32,000 nucleotides of DNA from Patescibacteria group bacterium (GTDB lineage: Bacteria; Patescibacteriota; Patescibacteriia; 2-01-FULL-39-33): positions 1 through 32,000 of the forward strand of contig JBAZRV010000008.1 of NCBI GenBank assembly GCA_041662745.1, read 5' to 3'. The stretch's first letter is position 1. The number at the start of each line of letters is the position of its first letter. Below, piece by piece: positions 16,203-25,570 of this stretch. The translations under genes were made by a program, and so were the position numbers. The notes under the pieces are model-generated. The model was not told the origin of the DNA, did not search any database, and saw only the letters and a program-made list of their open reading frames with translations.

Positions 16203-17307
16203 ATTTGATTAATTCTTTAAATTTTTTCTCATGTTCCCGGCTCTCCTCAAGCAGCTGTTCAAGAAGTTTTTTTATCTTTCTGACCTCAACGGCGCTTAAA
16301 TCGTAACTGCTTATCTTTGCCAAATAATCAGTAGTTAAGCTCTGCACCAGATCATCTTCCAGTTCTACGGCCTCCTGAAATTTTTGCGACCAGCTTTTTT
16401 CTGTCGCTGCTGGTTGCTCAACCGAACCCTTCCTAAGTTGTTCTTTAAGCTTGATTATCCGCAGTTCCCGTCCGACCATAAGCTCATTCAAACGTTCCAA
16501 GTCCCTCATTTTCTCCTTCAAACTATTCTCCGCCAGCCGCCGCTTAGTGATATCCAATGTAAAACCGATAACGCCCACGATGTCGCCGGCGGCATCGCGA
16601 TAAGGGATTTTATCGGTTTGGACCCAGAGAGTTTTATTAGGCAAAACCAAAGTTTCAATAATATTCCTCTTGGCCTTGCCCATTCTAATTACTTCCTTGT
16701 CATCATCCCAATAGGCTTGAGCCTGGTCTTTGCTGAAAAGATCAAACATGGATTTGCCCTGAAGCTGTTTCTTAGACATCCCCATTACATCGCTGAAGGC
16801 CCGGTTAACGCGGATAAAGCGATTATTTATATCTTTATAAAATATCCAAGCCGGCACGGAATCAAGAATTACTTCTATCTCCTGCTGCTGCCTGTGCAGA
16901 GCGTCTTCTATTTTCTTGCGCTCGGTAATATCACTGATTATACCCACCAAATAAAAATTTTTATTGCCGCTCTTAAAGACGTTCTTTTTAGTTATGATAT
17001 TATGCGTGACACCCCTGGCATCAGTGAATAATTCTTCATTGATATTCTCTTTGCCATTTTTAAACACCATTTCATCTTTACTCCAAAAAACCTTGGCCTC
17101 TTTATCCGAAAAAAAATCATAATCGGTTTTACCGATAAGCTTCTGCCGAGGGTACCCCATAAAAAGACAGTAAGCATCGTTAAGCAGAATCCAACGATGC
17201 TTGCGGTCTTTGACAAAAATCGGATCAGAAACCTTATTAATGATATCCAAAAGCACTTGCTCATCTTTGATAGAAAAATCAGAAGGCTTTGAAATTGGCG
17301 TTAGCAT
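16168..17307 (-). CDS. Cytoplasmic PAS-PAS protein with a coiled-coil/helical C-terminus; no kinase or other output domain in this frame
   Basis: Two PAS units (FVKDRKHRWILLNDAYCLFMGYPRQKLIGKTDYDFF and IFYKDINNRFIRVNRAFSDVMGMSKKQLQGKSMFDLF). These are followed by LKEKMRDLERLNELMVGRELRIIKLKEQL and a helical tail. Confidence 0.88.
   Translation of the reverse strand: MLTPISKPSDFSIKDEQVLLDIINKVSDPIFVKDRKHRWILLNDAYCLFMGYPRQKLIGKTDYDFFSDKEAKVFWSKDEMVFKNGKENINEELFTDARGVTHNIITKKNVFKSGNKNFYLVGIISDITERKKIEDALHRQQQEIEVILDSVPAWIFYKDINNRFIRVNRAFSDVMGMSKKQLQGKSMFDLFSKDQAQAYWDDDKEVIRMGKAKRNIIETLVLPNKTLWVQTDKIPYRDAAGDIVGVIGFTLDITKRRLAENSLKEKMRDLERLNELMVGRELRIIKLKEQLRKGSVEQPAATEKSWSQKFQEAVELEDDLVQSLTTDYLAKISSYDLSAVEVRKIKKLLEQLLEESREHEKKFKELIKYENKKKQSRAS
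16187..16194 (-). other. A8 (mRNA sense) homopolymer at the junction of the PAS ORF and the 66-aa ORF
   Basis: ...GAA AAC AAA AAA AAG CAA AGC CGA GCT AGC TGA. Removing one A gives ...ENKKSKAELAESFVELYALEKQ..., which joins the two ORFs. Confidence 0.6.
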
Positions 17308-17317
17308 AAGGAGGGGG

Positions 17318-17689
17318 TTACTTAATGCCCAATTTTTGCTGGACTTTAACGGCTACATCGGCGACATTCCAATCCACCTTGACCAAGTATTCAAAAGTTC
17401 CCAAGGCCACGGCTTGAGCGACCTTAGCTGAGTCGCTTAAATTACTCAAAATTACCACTTCGGCTTTCTTGCCCCACCGATCCTTACGTAACTTGGCTAA
17501 CATTTCCAAACCGTCCATCTTGGGCATTACCAAATCTAATAGAATTAAATCAGGTTTCTCTTTCTTGGCTAACCGTAAGCCCTCAACACCGTCTTTGGCA
17601 AGTAATACCTTAACCTGCCCGGCGTCAAATTGCGATGACAACGCCTTAAGCACGATTGGTTCATCATCAATGATTAACAATTTTTTCAT
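17318..17689 (-). CDS. Stand-alone response-regulator receiver domain (CheY-like), 123 aa
   Basis: IIDDE, phospho-acceptor context LILLDLVMPKMDG, ILSNL, YLVK. No output domain. Confidence 0.92.
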   Translation of the reverse strand: MKKLLIIDDEPIVLKALSSQFDAGQVKVLLAKDGVEGLRLAKKEKPDLILLDLVMPKMDGLEMLAKLRKDRWGKKAEVVILSNLSDSAKVAQAVALGTFEYLVKVDWNVADVAVKVQQKLGIK

Positions 17690-17723
17690 ATTGTATTTTA
17701 AATTTATAACCGTTTAACAATGA

Positions 17724-20699
17724 TTATTTAACGGGCAGGGTAAAATAGAAAGTTGTGCCCTTATTCTCTTTGGAATCAAACCAAATCCTGCCGCCATGCG
17801 CTTCAACTATGCCTCGGGCGATATACAGCCCCAAACCTGTGCCTTCCGGCGCCACCCCCCTGATGTTATCCGCCCTGAAAAATCTCTCAAAAATACGATG
17901 TTGCTGATACTGCGGTATGCCATAACCCTGATCGGTAACGGCTATGGACCAATAGTCCCCTTGGCGCTGGCAATCAAAAGTTATTTTAGCTTTATCGGGA
18001 GAATACTTAATGGCATTGCTAATCAAATTATTCAGCATTTGGACGATTTTATCAAAATCAAAAACACAAATAATTTTCCCGTTTAAACCGCAACCAAAAA
18101 TCATGCTGATTTTCTTTTTATTGGCGGTTAACGTCTGATCTTCTATGGCGCGGCTAAGGGCTAAACGCAAATCGGCTGGTTTTTTGTTTAAGGTGAATTT
18201 TCTTCCCGTCTCAAGATGGGAAACGTCTAACAAATCATTAACCAACTTAATCATTCGTTCATTGCTATGATAAATCTGCTCAACAAAATCACGTTGCTCC
18301 TGATTCAACTTGCCAATCTTCTCCTTTAACAGCAATTCGCCAAACCATTTAATGCCGGTTAAAGGCGTCCGCAACTGATGTGAAGACATGGACACGAATT
18401 CTGATTTTAAACGATCAATTTCCTTGGCCTTGCTGATATCGCGCAAAATAGCCATGTCGGCCGGTTGACCATTTAAAACAACAACTGAACTATTGGTTTC
18501 TACCGGTATGGCTTTGCCGTGCTTATCAATAACGGCGAATTCATAACGAGTATCCACCCTCTCCCCCTGCATGCGACGCTTGTAATTGGAAGCGACCAGG
18601 CTCTTATATTGCGGAGCGATAAAATCAACCATGGGTTTGCCGATGACGTCTTGAGGAACCATGCCGGTAATCTTCTCTATGGCCGGATTGGCATATTTAA
18701 CTATACCCCCCTGAATCAGTATAACGGCATCATTACTGCGTTCCACCAGGATACTGTATCTTTCCTCCGATTGCTTGATTTCCCGTTCCCAGATCTTATG
18801 CTGAGTAATATCTTCAACAACTGTCAAAAAATATAGCGGCTTATCACTATTGTTTTTAATTAAAGTAGCGTTAACTCGGCCATAAACAATTTTTTTGTCT
18901 TTCCTGATATAACGTTTGTCCACGCTATAAACAGAAATCTTACCTTTAAGCAACAATTTGACTTTTTCTATATCCCTTTTGACTTCATCGGGATGCGTAA
19001 TATCGGCAAAGGTCAGCTTCTCAAGTTGGTCCTCGGAGTAACCCCAAAATTTAACAGCAGCCGGATTAGCACTAATGAATTTATTATCCAAGCCGACCAA
19101 GACAATGGGTATCGGGCTGTTTTCATAAATCGCTCGCAGGCGATCTTCGCTGTTAACCAGCTTTGTTTCTGTTTGGTGACGCGCAGTAATATCGCGGATG
19201 TTGCACTGAACGACTTTGGTGCGGCCAATATTATAGACATTACTGACAAATTCCACGCTGATCGGCTTGCCGGACTTGGTTCTTAAAGGCAAATTATCAT
19301 AATGGACATACTTCTTTTTCTTTAAAATTTCAAAAGATTTCTTGGAAGCCATTATGTCCTTAAATAACCCGATTTCCCACAATTTCTTCTGTAAAAATTC
19401 GTCTCTTCCATAGCCCAGCATCTCAATTAAATACGGATTAACCTCTTCAATTTCTCCGGTCTCAACATTAAGAATCAAAATGCCGTCCTTGGCCGCTTCA
19501 AACAACCGACGATATTTCTGCTCTGACTTAACTAAACTTTTTTGGATTTTTGTATCCTTAGTGACATCAGTGAAGCGCCAAACCCGGCCTACGATCTTAC
19601 CGTCAATTTTTTGCGGTAAAGACAAACGATCAAAAACCCGGCCATCCTTAAAATAAACAGTATCGGAACTTTTATTTGCCGGATGTTTATAAAGGTAGTT
19701 TACTTTGGTTAAAAATTCTTTGGCATCGGTAAGCTGGCTCACGACATAAGACAACAGCTTCTTGTCATTCTTCGTCTTCGCTAATTTCTGGGGTATTTTC
19801 CATAACTCCAAAAATTTTTCATTATAAAATGACACTCTGCCCCGGCGATCAATCACCAGGATGCCATCCGATGAAGTATTTGTGATTGAATCCAACAGGG
19901 AAACATAATTTTTTACGGTTATTTCATTTTTTTTAGTTTCGGTAATATCGCGGGAAAAACCCATGACATTGCTTATTCGGCCTGACTGATCCCTGACCGG
20001 CGTTAATTGCGTACTCAGCCAAACATCACCATGGGCAAAATGAGAAAGATCTTCCCGATAAGAGTGTTGACCGCTACGGAATACCTTATTAAGGTTAGCT
20101 TTTTGCCGTTTGGCCACGGCGGGCGGAAACAAATCCTTAACGCTTTTACCGACAATGTGAATCGGCTGGGCATTAAACTGTTTGGCTCCGAATTCATTAA
20201 CATAAGTTATCCGACCGCCCCTATCAACCAAGTAAATACTGTCATGAGCCATCTCAGCTAAGGTTTTATAAAGCACTTCGCTTTCTTTTTTTTCGGTAAT
20301 ATCGCGAAAAAAAGCGATTAAGCAATCGCGAGAATTAATCTTTATTCTGCCAAAGCCGGCAGAGACGAATTTAATTTTTCCCTTCTTGGTTATTATCTGC
20401 AAGTCCGCGCTTTTATCAAAACCCTTGCCTTTAGCCAATTGCGTAAAAACTTTTAGCGTTTTTTTAATGCTGTTTGCCGGATGCAAATGCCTGATGGACA
20501 ACTTAAGCAATTCTTTTTTGGCATAACCGAATAAACGGCAGGCGGCCGGATTAGCATCAATGATCTTGGTTGACAAGTCAGCAATCACAATGGCATCAGC
20601 CGTGTTATTAAACAACATCCGATAATTATATTCGCCACCGGCCATCAGTTCGTCCGGGGTGGGGCAGGATTGTTTTTGATTAAAAATCAGCCAATTCAT
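17724..20699 (-). CDS. Cytoplasmic multi-PAS sensor histidine kinase (about six PAS/PAC units + HisKA + HATPase_c)
   Basis: Repeated PAS signatures with no hydrophobic TM segment. H-box FVSMSSHQLRTPL, N-box LISNAIKYSP, DQGYGIP, GTGLGLYIARGIVE. I favour the ATG at 20699 (MNWLIFNQ). The ORF-track start at 20726 is a TTG that overlaps the giant gene's TGA stop. Confidence 0.9.
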   Translation of the reverse strand: MNWLIFNQKQSCPTPDELMAGGEYNYRMLFNNTADAIVIADLSTKIIDANPAACRLFGYAKKELLKLSIRHLHPANSIKKTLKVFTQLAKGKGFDKSADLQIITKKGKIKFVSAGFGRIKINSRDCLIAFFRDITEKKESEVLYKTLAEMAHDSIYLVDRGGRITYVNEFGAKQFNAQPIHIVGKSVKDLFPPAVAKRQKANLNKVFRSGQHSYREDLSHFAHGDVWLSTQLTPVRDQSGRISNVMGFSRDITETKKNEITVKNYVSLLDSITNTSSDGILVIDRRGRVSFYNEKFLELWKIPQKLAKTKNDKKLLSYVVSQLTDAKEFLTKVNYLYKHPANKSSDTVYFKDGRVFDRLSLPQKIDGKIVGRVWRFTDVTKDTKIQKSLVKSEQKYRRLFEAAKDGILILNVETGEIEEVNPYLIEMLGYGRDEFLQKKLWEIGLFKDIMASKKSFEILKKKKYVHYDNLPLRTKSGKPISVEFVSNVYNIGRTKVVQCNIRDITARHQTETKLVNSEDRLRAIYENSPIPIVLVGLDNKFISANPAAVKFWGYSEDQLEKLTFADITHPDEVKRDIEKVKLLLKGKISVYSVDKRYIRKDKKIVYGRVNATLIKNNSDKPLYFLTVVEDITQHKIWEREIKQSEERYSILVERSNDAVILIQGGIVKYANPAIEKITGMVPQDVIGKPMVDFIAPQYKSLVASNYKRRMQGERVDTRYEFAVIDKHGKAIPVETNSSVVVLNGQPADMAILRDISKAKEIDRLKSEFVSMSSHQLRTPLTGIKWFGELLLKEKIGKLNQEQRDFVEQIYHSNERMIKLVNDLLDVSHLETGRKFTLNKKPADLRLALSRAIEDQTLTANKKKISMIFGCGLNGKIICVFDFDKIVQMLNNLISNAIKYSPDKAKITFDCQRQGDYWSIAVTDQGYGIPQYQQHRIFERFFRADNIRGVAPEGTGLGLYIARGIVEAHGGRIWFDSKENKGTTFYFTLPVK

Positions 20700-20722
20700 T
20701 ATAATATCTAAATATTTATATT

Positions 20723-23700
20723 TCAAACATTAGCTGACTGCCTTTTTCTGACCCGATACAGCCAGAAAATGACAGCGACTAAGACAATTAAGGTTATAAC
20801 TGTCGTCTGCCAGTTTAGATAACGATAAATCATTACCCAAAAGTTGCGCTTGACCGTAAAGGTGCTGACCGGACTGGGACGGCTCTTGACCTGCGCCGTT
20901 GAATCCAGGGTAACGGCAAAAACAGTATGCTGGCCCGGGGCCAGTTCTGTTATATCTTGCGAGTGATCAATACGCCAATTGCCCTGACTGTCAGCGCGCG
21001 TACGATAAATCAAAGCCTGATCGCTATGAATATAAATGATAACATCCCGATTGGGCAAAGAGACGCCGGAGAAACTCAGAGTATCGCCCGTAACCACGGT
21101 CTGCACGTTGGTAACTTGCGGTACCGGGATGCCGGCCAATTCTACGGCTTGAGCGTTCAACTCCACCAACTCTGCCGTTGGAGTCGGTCCAGTGGGGATG
21201 GCGGCAGCGGTTATTGCCGGCACAGCCGGCGTCGGCAGAACCACGACCTTATTAACAGCCACACTGGCTGAATCGCTGGTGTTGCCGGCCTGATCGCGAC
21301 TGACAGCGCCAATAATATGTTGGCCGTCAACCAGCGCCGAGGCGCTGGGCAATCGGAAACTCCAAGCGCCGGACGAATCGGCGGTTACGGTAAAGCTGCT
21401 GCGGTTGTCTAAAGTGATAATCACCTCAACGAGCGGTTCAGCTACGCCGGTGATTATTGGTGTCGCTTCAATTATGGCTGAATTATTAGCCGGATTTAAA
21501 ATTATCGGAACCGCCGGCGCCACACTGGTAATTATCAGAACAACCGGATCAGAAACCTGGCTGATATTCCCCGTTCCGTCAGTCGCCCTGACCGTTAAGG
21601 AATGGTTGCCCGGTAAAAAATTAAAAACCTGATTGAATCGGCCGCCATTGTCGGTAGCATTGCTTAATTGAGCGAACAAAACTCCGTTGTCAAACAAGTC
21701 AATACGCGATCCCGGTTCAGCCAAACCGCCGATAATAGTTATTGTGTTGTTGGTCGGCGAGTCCAGCGGATTCAAAAGCGGCTTAACCGGCGCAGTCGTA
21801 TCCGGCACCAAAATGGCACCACCGCCGACCACTGGCGGGATGACGGGCGGAACAACCGGAGGAGTTACCGGAGCAAAGACGTTAAGCTGGGTAACCGTCG
21901 CTTCATTGCCGTAATCGTCTATGGCCCAAATCTTAACATAATAATTGTCAGTGATATTCAAACCGGTGATGACCGTGGAGATGGCTAAGGGATTGGACAA
22001 GTTAGCATCGTTAACCACGCTCCATTTGCTGGCCGCGCCCGTGCGATTTATGACATCGCTTTCCGTTGCGTCATGCCATAACTCGTAGTGATTGAAATTA
22101 GCATCGGTTGTCGCTTGCCAATTCACGGTAACAGTCGTGGCGGTTTCCGAAAACTTGCTCAAAGAAGAAAGCCCCAAAGGCGCTCCCGTATCAACGGAAA
22201 AGTTAGCTGATTCATAATACGCGCTGGCATTGCCAAAACTGTCAGTGCCGCTAAAACGCACTCGCATATTGGAATTTTCTTGATTGATGAAATCCGCGCC
22301 GGCGTTCCAAATAATTGCTTTATTATTGCCCGCCGTTACCGTCCCCAAATCACCGGTCGCAGCAACCTTAGTAACCGTCCAAGTCAAACCGCCGTCAGAA
22401 GAAATATCCCAAGCAACATCAGCAGTCTCGCCCAAATCATAGCTTATCGCAACATTGTCCGTGCCAATGGTTTGGCCGGCTGAGATGCCGGAGATAATCG
22501 GGGCCTTAGTATCCAAAGCAAAATTGCCGGAAGAGTCATAAGCGCCTTGATTGCCGAAATAATCTTTAGCGCGGACGCGAACTCTCACCGTCGACAGATC
22601 TTGACCGGTAAAATCCGTACCGGCGGCCCAAGTGAAGGTCTTAGTCCCGATAGTCTGGCCGGGACCGATTTGGCCGCTTCTGGTTGTCGTGGGCACCGTC
22701 CAAGTAATGCCGCCATCATCGGAAATGCTGAATTCAATCAGATTGCCGGCCGGCGTAATATCCGTTAAGTTATAATTTATAACCACATCGGTCGTGCCGG
22801 CCGATTGGCTGGCAGTAACGTCACTGACTGCCGGGCCTTTAGTGTCAATGGTAAAATTATCAGAAATAACGATTGAACCGACGTTGCCATAACGATCCGT
22901 GCCTTGGAGTTTTATTTTAACGGCAGAATTTTCTTGATTAGGCAGGTCAACTTGCGGATTCCAACTGATACTCTTGCCGGCGCCGGCCGTAACGTTACTG
23001 CCGATATCGCCAGTTGCCGTAGTAAGAGCGACGGTATAAGTTAAACCGCCGTCAGCGGAAATTAATAAGCTAACGGTGTTGCTGGCACCGGAATTATCAG
23101 ATAAATCATAAGTGATTGCGGCCAAGCCCGTACCCGGAGCCTGCGTTAAATCAATATTGGAAACAACCGGTCCCAGGGTATCCGCATAAAAAGCCGAGGA
23201 AGCCGCCAAATTACTGTCAGCCAAAGCATCCGAGGACTTCAAGCGCGCATAGACCGTGGAATTCTCCTGATTGGGCAAATCAATCGCTATGTCCCAGGCA
23301 AAAACGTAAGCCGTACCGGCGGAAGCGAAAATTAGACTGGAAGTGCCGTTTGAACCCACCCCTAATTTTTCGGTCATAGCCTGCCAGTTGACATTATCAA
23401 TAGAATACTCAAAAACAGTTAAGTCATTAGTGTCATTTTGCGCGTCCGCGCCCGTATAATTGATTAATACGTAACCGCCGCTGGCCTGCTGAGCTGCGCT
23501 TGAGATATTAATTGAGGGGGCGGTATTAGCAATACCGGCCACTGTGGAAAAATCGGATTCGGAAGAGACTGAATGCGCGGCATCACTCGGATTGCGGGAT
23601 TTGATTTTAAAGCTATAGTTAGCCACCGGCGAACTCAAGCCATTAATGGTTACTTGACCGCTGTTACCGCTGGTTTGGCCCCATTGGCCGATGCCGGTGC

Positions 23701-25570
23701 CCAGTGTCTGCCAAACCGCACTGGCGCCTAAGGTACCATTGCTTTGCACGTATTGATCGGTGAAAACTTCATAAATGGCGTACGGCACATCACTGGCCTC
23801 GCCAAAAGCCGGATTGATCGTTACATCTACCGCAGTGTTCTGCGGATTATTAACTGTGGGCGCTGAGGGCGTATATGGCTTGACATATTTATAACTCGCC
23901 GTAGGAGAGGTGTTCTCATTTATCCTGGCGTGGCCGTAATTATCGGTTTCTATAATTTTAACCTTGGCAATATAGTCATGGCCGGTGAGCGTACCGCCAG
24001 CCGGTACGGCTTGGTTAGCCGGAGTCGCAGTATTACTTTCTCCCGTGGTGGTGGCCGAATAGGCGTTGCCGCTAAAAGCGACAAAAAACTCATTGGTAAT
24101 CGGATTAGCCTCGGTAAACGACCCGCTGACAATCGCATCAGTGTCGCCGGCTTGCGGCTGAGCCGCCAAATCGGCAGTCGCCAAGATCGCCGGAGCCAGG
24201 GTGTCCACGCTAAAGACGCCGGCTAAAACGGCATACGCGCTGCTATTGCCATAGGTATTGGTGCCGCGAATGCGGACTTTCATATTGCTGTTTTGCTGGC
24301 TATTGAAATCCACTCCCGGATTCCAAGAAACCGTCTTACCAAGTCCCGGTGCGACCCCATAACCGACAGCGCCAGTTAAGGTGGTGGTAACCACACTCCA
24401 AGTGACGCCGCCGTCATCGGAAATATCGACACTAATAACCACATTATCGCTATCAAATAAATTGTAAGTTATAGTGACATTATCGGAACCGACAACCTGC
24501 GCCGCCGTTAGGCCATTAATCACTGGGGCTTGAGTGTTAACGGCAAACAGGTTGGAAGTGACATTGCCGGTCGCATTGGCGTAAGCGTCAACGGCTCGCA
24601 AGCGAACCTGCATATTATTAACCTGCTGATTGGGAAAATTCGCTCCAGCATCCCAAGTGATGATCTTACCGTTGCCGGTTGTTATGCCCGAGCCAATGGC
24701 GCCGCTAACGCTTGAAGAAGCGACATCCCAGGTACTGCCTCCGTCCGAGGATATATCCATAGCCACAACAGAACTGTTAGCATCGCTAAAATCGTAACTT
24801 ATGGACACTAAACTGCTACTGACGACCTGAGCCGCGGCAACATTGGCAAAAACCGGGGCCTTGGTATCAACGGAAAAATCAGCAGATGAAACAAGCGTTC
24901 CGATATTGCCAAAATTATCCCTGGCTCCCGCTCGCACTCTGACCGTACCCGATTCTTGGCCGGAGTAATCAACACCGGGATTCCAGTTGATAGCCTTGCC
25001 GCTGCCCGGCACGACATTATCTCGAACATCGCCGGAAGCCGTGGAAGTCGCGACAGTCCAAGTTGATCCGCTGTCCGAAGAAACATCAAATTCCACATAA
25101 GAATCGGATAAATCGGTCAAATTATAACTTACGGATACATTATTTGAATCGGCATCTTGGCTGGCGGTGACCGAGGCCGTTACGGGGTTTTTGGTGTCAA
25201 TAATAAACGCCGCGGAAGCCGTTATGCCGCCACTGCTGGTGCCGTCGTTAGCCTGCAATCTGACAAAAACCGTCTCATCTTCGGTGTTAGGCAAATCCGC
25301 GCCCGCGTCCCACATAAAATCATGCGCGGTTCCGGAAGAAACAAAAGTTAAATCGGTTTTTCCGTCCGAACCCACCCCCGTTTTCTCGGTCATAGCATGC
25401 CAAACGGCATTGTCAGTGGAATATTGATAAATGACCAGGGTAGTGGTTTCGCTTTCCAAATCCGAACCGGTATAATTGATAATCGCATACTTGGTGCCGT
25501 CGGCAGTCTGAGCAACCGAATCAATGGCAATGGTCGGCGACTGGTTGACTGAAGAGGCGCTGCTGGACAA
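20723..25570 (-). CDS. Distal part of the giant repetitive surface protein: super-repeats 3-4, FN3, Pro-rich linker, three bacterial Ig-like domains, C-terminal TM anchor
   Basis: 1615-aa ORF with no signal peptide. The listed first codon is a TTG inside a frame that stays open upstream to 25726. The repeats each carry an Asp-box SxDxGxTW. Also present are FN3 (TVTVNWQA...YYVKIWAIDDYGNE), the linker VTPPVVPPVIPPVV, Ig-like units (ADSSGAWSF...DGQH, ADSQGNWRI...PGQH), and the C-terminal anchor WQTTVITLIVLVAVIFWLY followed by RVRKRQ. Confidence 0.85.
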   Translation of the reverse strand: MSSSASSVNQSPTIAIDSVAQTADGTKYAIINYTGSDLESETTTLVIYQYSTDNAVWHAMTEKTGVGSDGKTDLTFVSSGTAHDFMWDAGADLPNTEDETVFVRLQANDGTSSGGITASAAFIIDTKNPVTASVTASQDADSNNVSVSYNLTDLSDSYVEFDVSSDSGSTWTVATSTASGDVRDNVVPGSGKAINWNPGVDYSGQESGTVRVRAGARDNFGNIGTLVSSADFSVDTKAPVFANVAAAQVVSSSLVSISYDFSDANSSVVAMDISSDGGSTWDVASSSVSGAIGSGITTGNGKIITWDAGANFPNQQVNNMQVRLRAVDAYANATGNVTSNLFAVNTQAPVINGLTAAQVVGSDNVTITYNLFDSDNVVISVDISDDGGVTWSVVTTTLTGAVGYGVAPGLGKTVSWNPGVDFNSQQNSNMKVRIRGTNTYGNSSAYAVLAGVFSVDTLAPAILATADLAAQPQAGDTDAIVSGSFTEANPITNEFFVAFSGNAYSATTTGESNTATPANQAVPAGGTLTGHDYIAKVKIIETDNYGHARINENTSPTASYKYVKPYTPSAPTVNNPQNTAVDVTINPAFGEASDVPYAIYEVFTDQYVQSNGTLGASAVWQTLGTGIGQWGQTSGNSGQVTINGLSSPVANYSFKIKSRNPSDAAHSVSSESDFSTVAGIANTAPSINISSAAQQASGGYVLINYTGADAQNDTNDLTVFEYSIDNVNWQAMTEKLGVGSNGTSSLIFASAGTAYVFAWDIAIDLPNQENSTVYARLKSSDALADSNLAASSAFYADTLGPVVSNIDLTQAPGTGLAAITYDLSDNSGASNTVSLLISADGGLTYTVALTTATGDIGSNVTAGAGKSISWNPQVDLPNQENSAVKIKLQGTDRYGNVGSIVISDNFTIDTKGPAVSDVTASQSAGTTDVVINYNLTDITPAGNLIEFSISDDGGITWTVPTTTRSGQIGPGQTIGTKTFTWAAGTDFTGQDLSTVRVRVRAKDYFGNQGAYDSSGNFALDTKAPIISGISAGQTIGTDNVAISYDLGETADVAWDISSDGGLTWTVTKVAATGDLGTVTAGNNKAIIWNAGADFINQENSNMRVRFSGTDSFGNASAYYESANFSVDTGAPLGLSSLSKFSETATTVTVNWQATTDANFNHYELWHDATESDVINRTGAASKWSVVNDANLSNPLAISTVITGLNITDNYYVKIWAIDDYGNEATVTQLNVFAPVTPPVVPPVIPPVVGGGAILVPDTTAPVKPLLNPLDSPTNNTITIIGGLAEPGSRIDLFDNGVLFAQLSNATDNGGRFNQVFNFLPGNHSLTVRATDGTGNISQVSDPVVLIITSVAPAVPIILNPANNSAIIEATPIITGVAEPLVEVIITLDNRSSFTVTADSSGAWSFRLPSASALVDGQHIIGAVSRDQAGNTSDSASVAVNKVVVLPTPAVPAITAAAIPTGPTPTAELVELNAQAVELAGIPVPQVTNVQTVVTGDTLSFSGVSLPNRDVIIYIHSDQALIYRTRADSQGNWRIDHSQDITELAPGQHTVFAVTLDSTAQVKSRPSPVSTFTVKRNFWVMIYRYLNWQTTVITLIVLVAVIFWLYRVRKRQSANV

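Noticed and set aside
16002-16400. Calling the split helical domain a ferritin/rubrerythrin-like diiron four-helix bundle
   Set aside because: Only the second half has a canonical ExxH (EIEH). The first half reads EESREH, which has ExxxH spacing. I therefore report only the internal duplication and possible bundle, not a metal-site assignment.
16384-17031. 215-aa + strand ORF
   Set aside because: It is entirely antisense to the PAS-PAS gene, which has clear PAS family signatures. Its composition is low-complexity and it has no recognisable motif. It is most likely a shadow ORF.
17308-17417. Strong SD-like AAGGAGG (17308..17314) on the + strand, followed 10 nt later by an ATG opening a ~30-codon ORF
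   Set aside because: The ORF is short, antisense to the receiver gene and has no recognisable features. The AAGGAGG is simply the complement of the C-rich spacer between two minus-strand genes.
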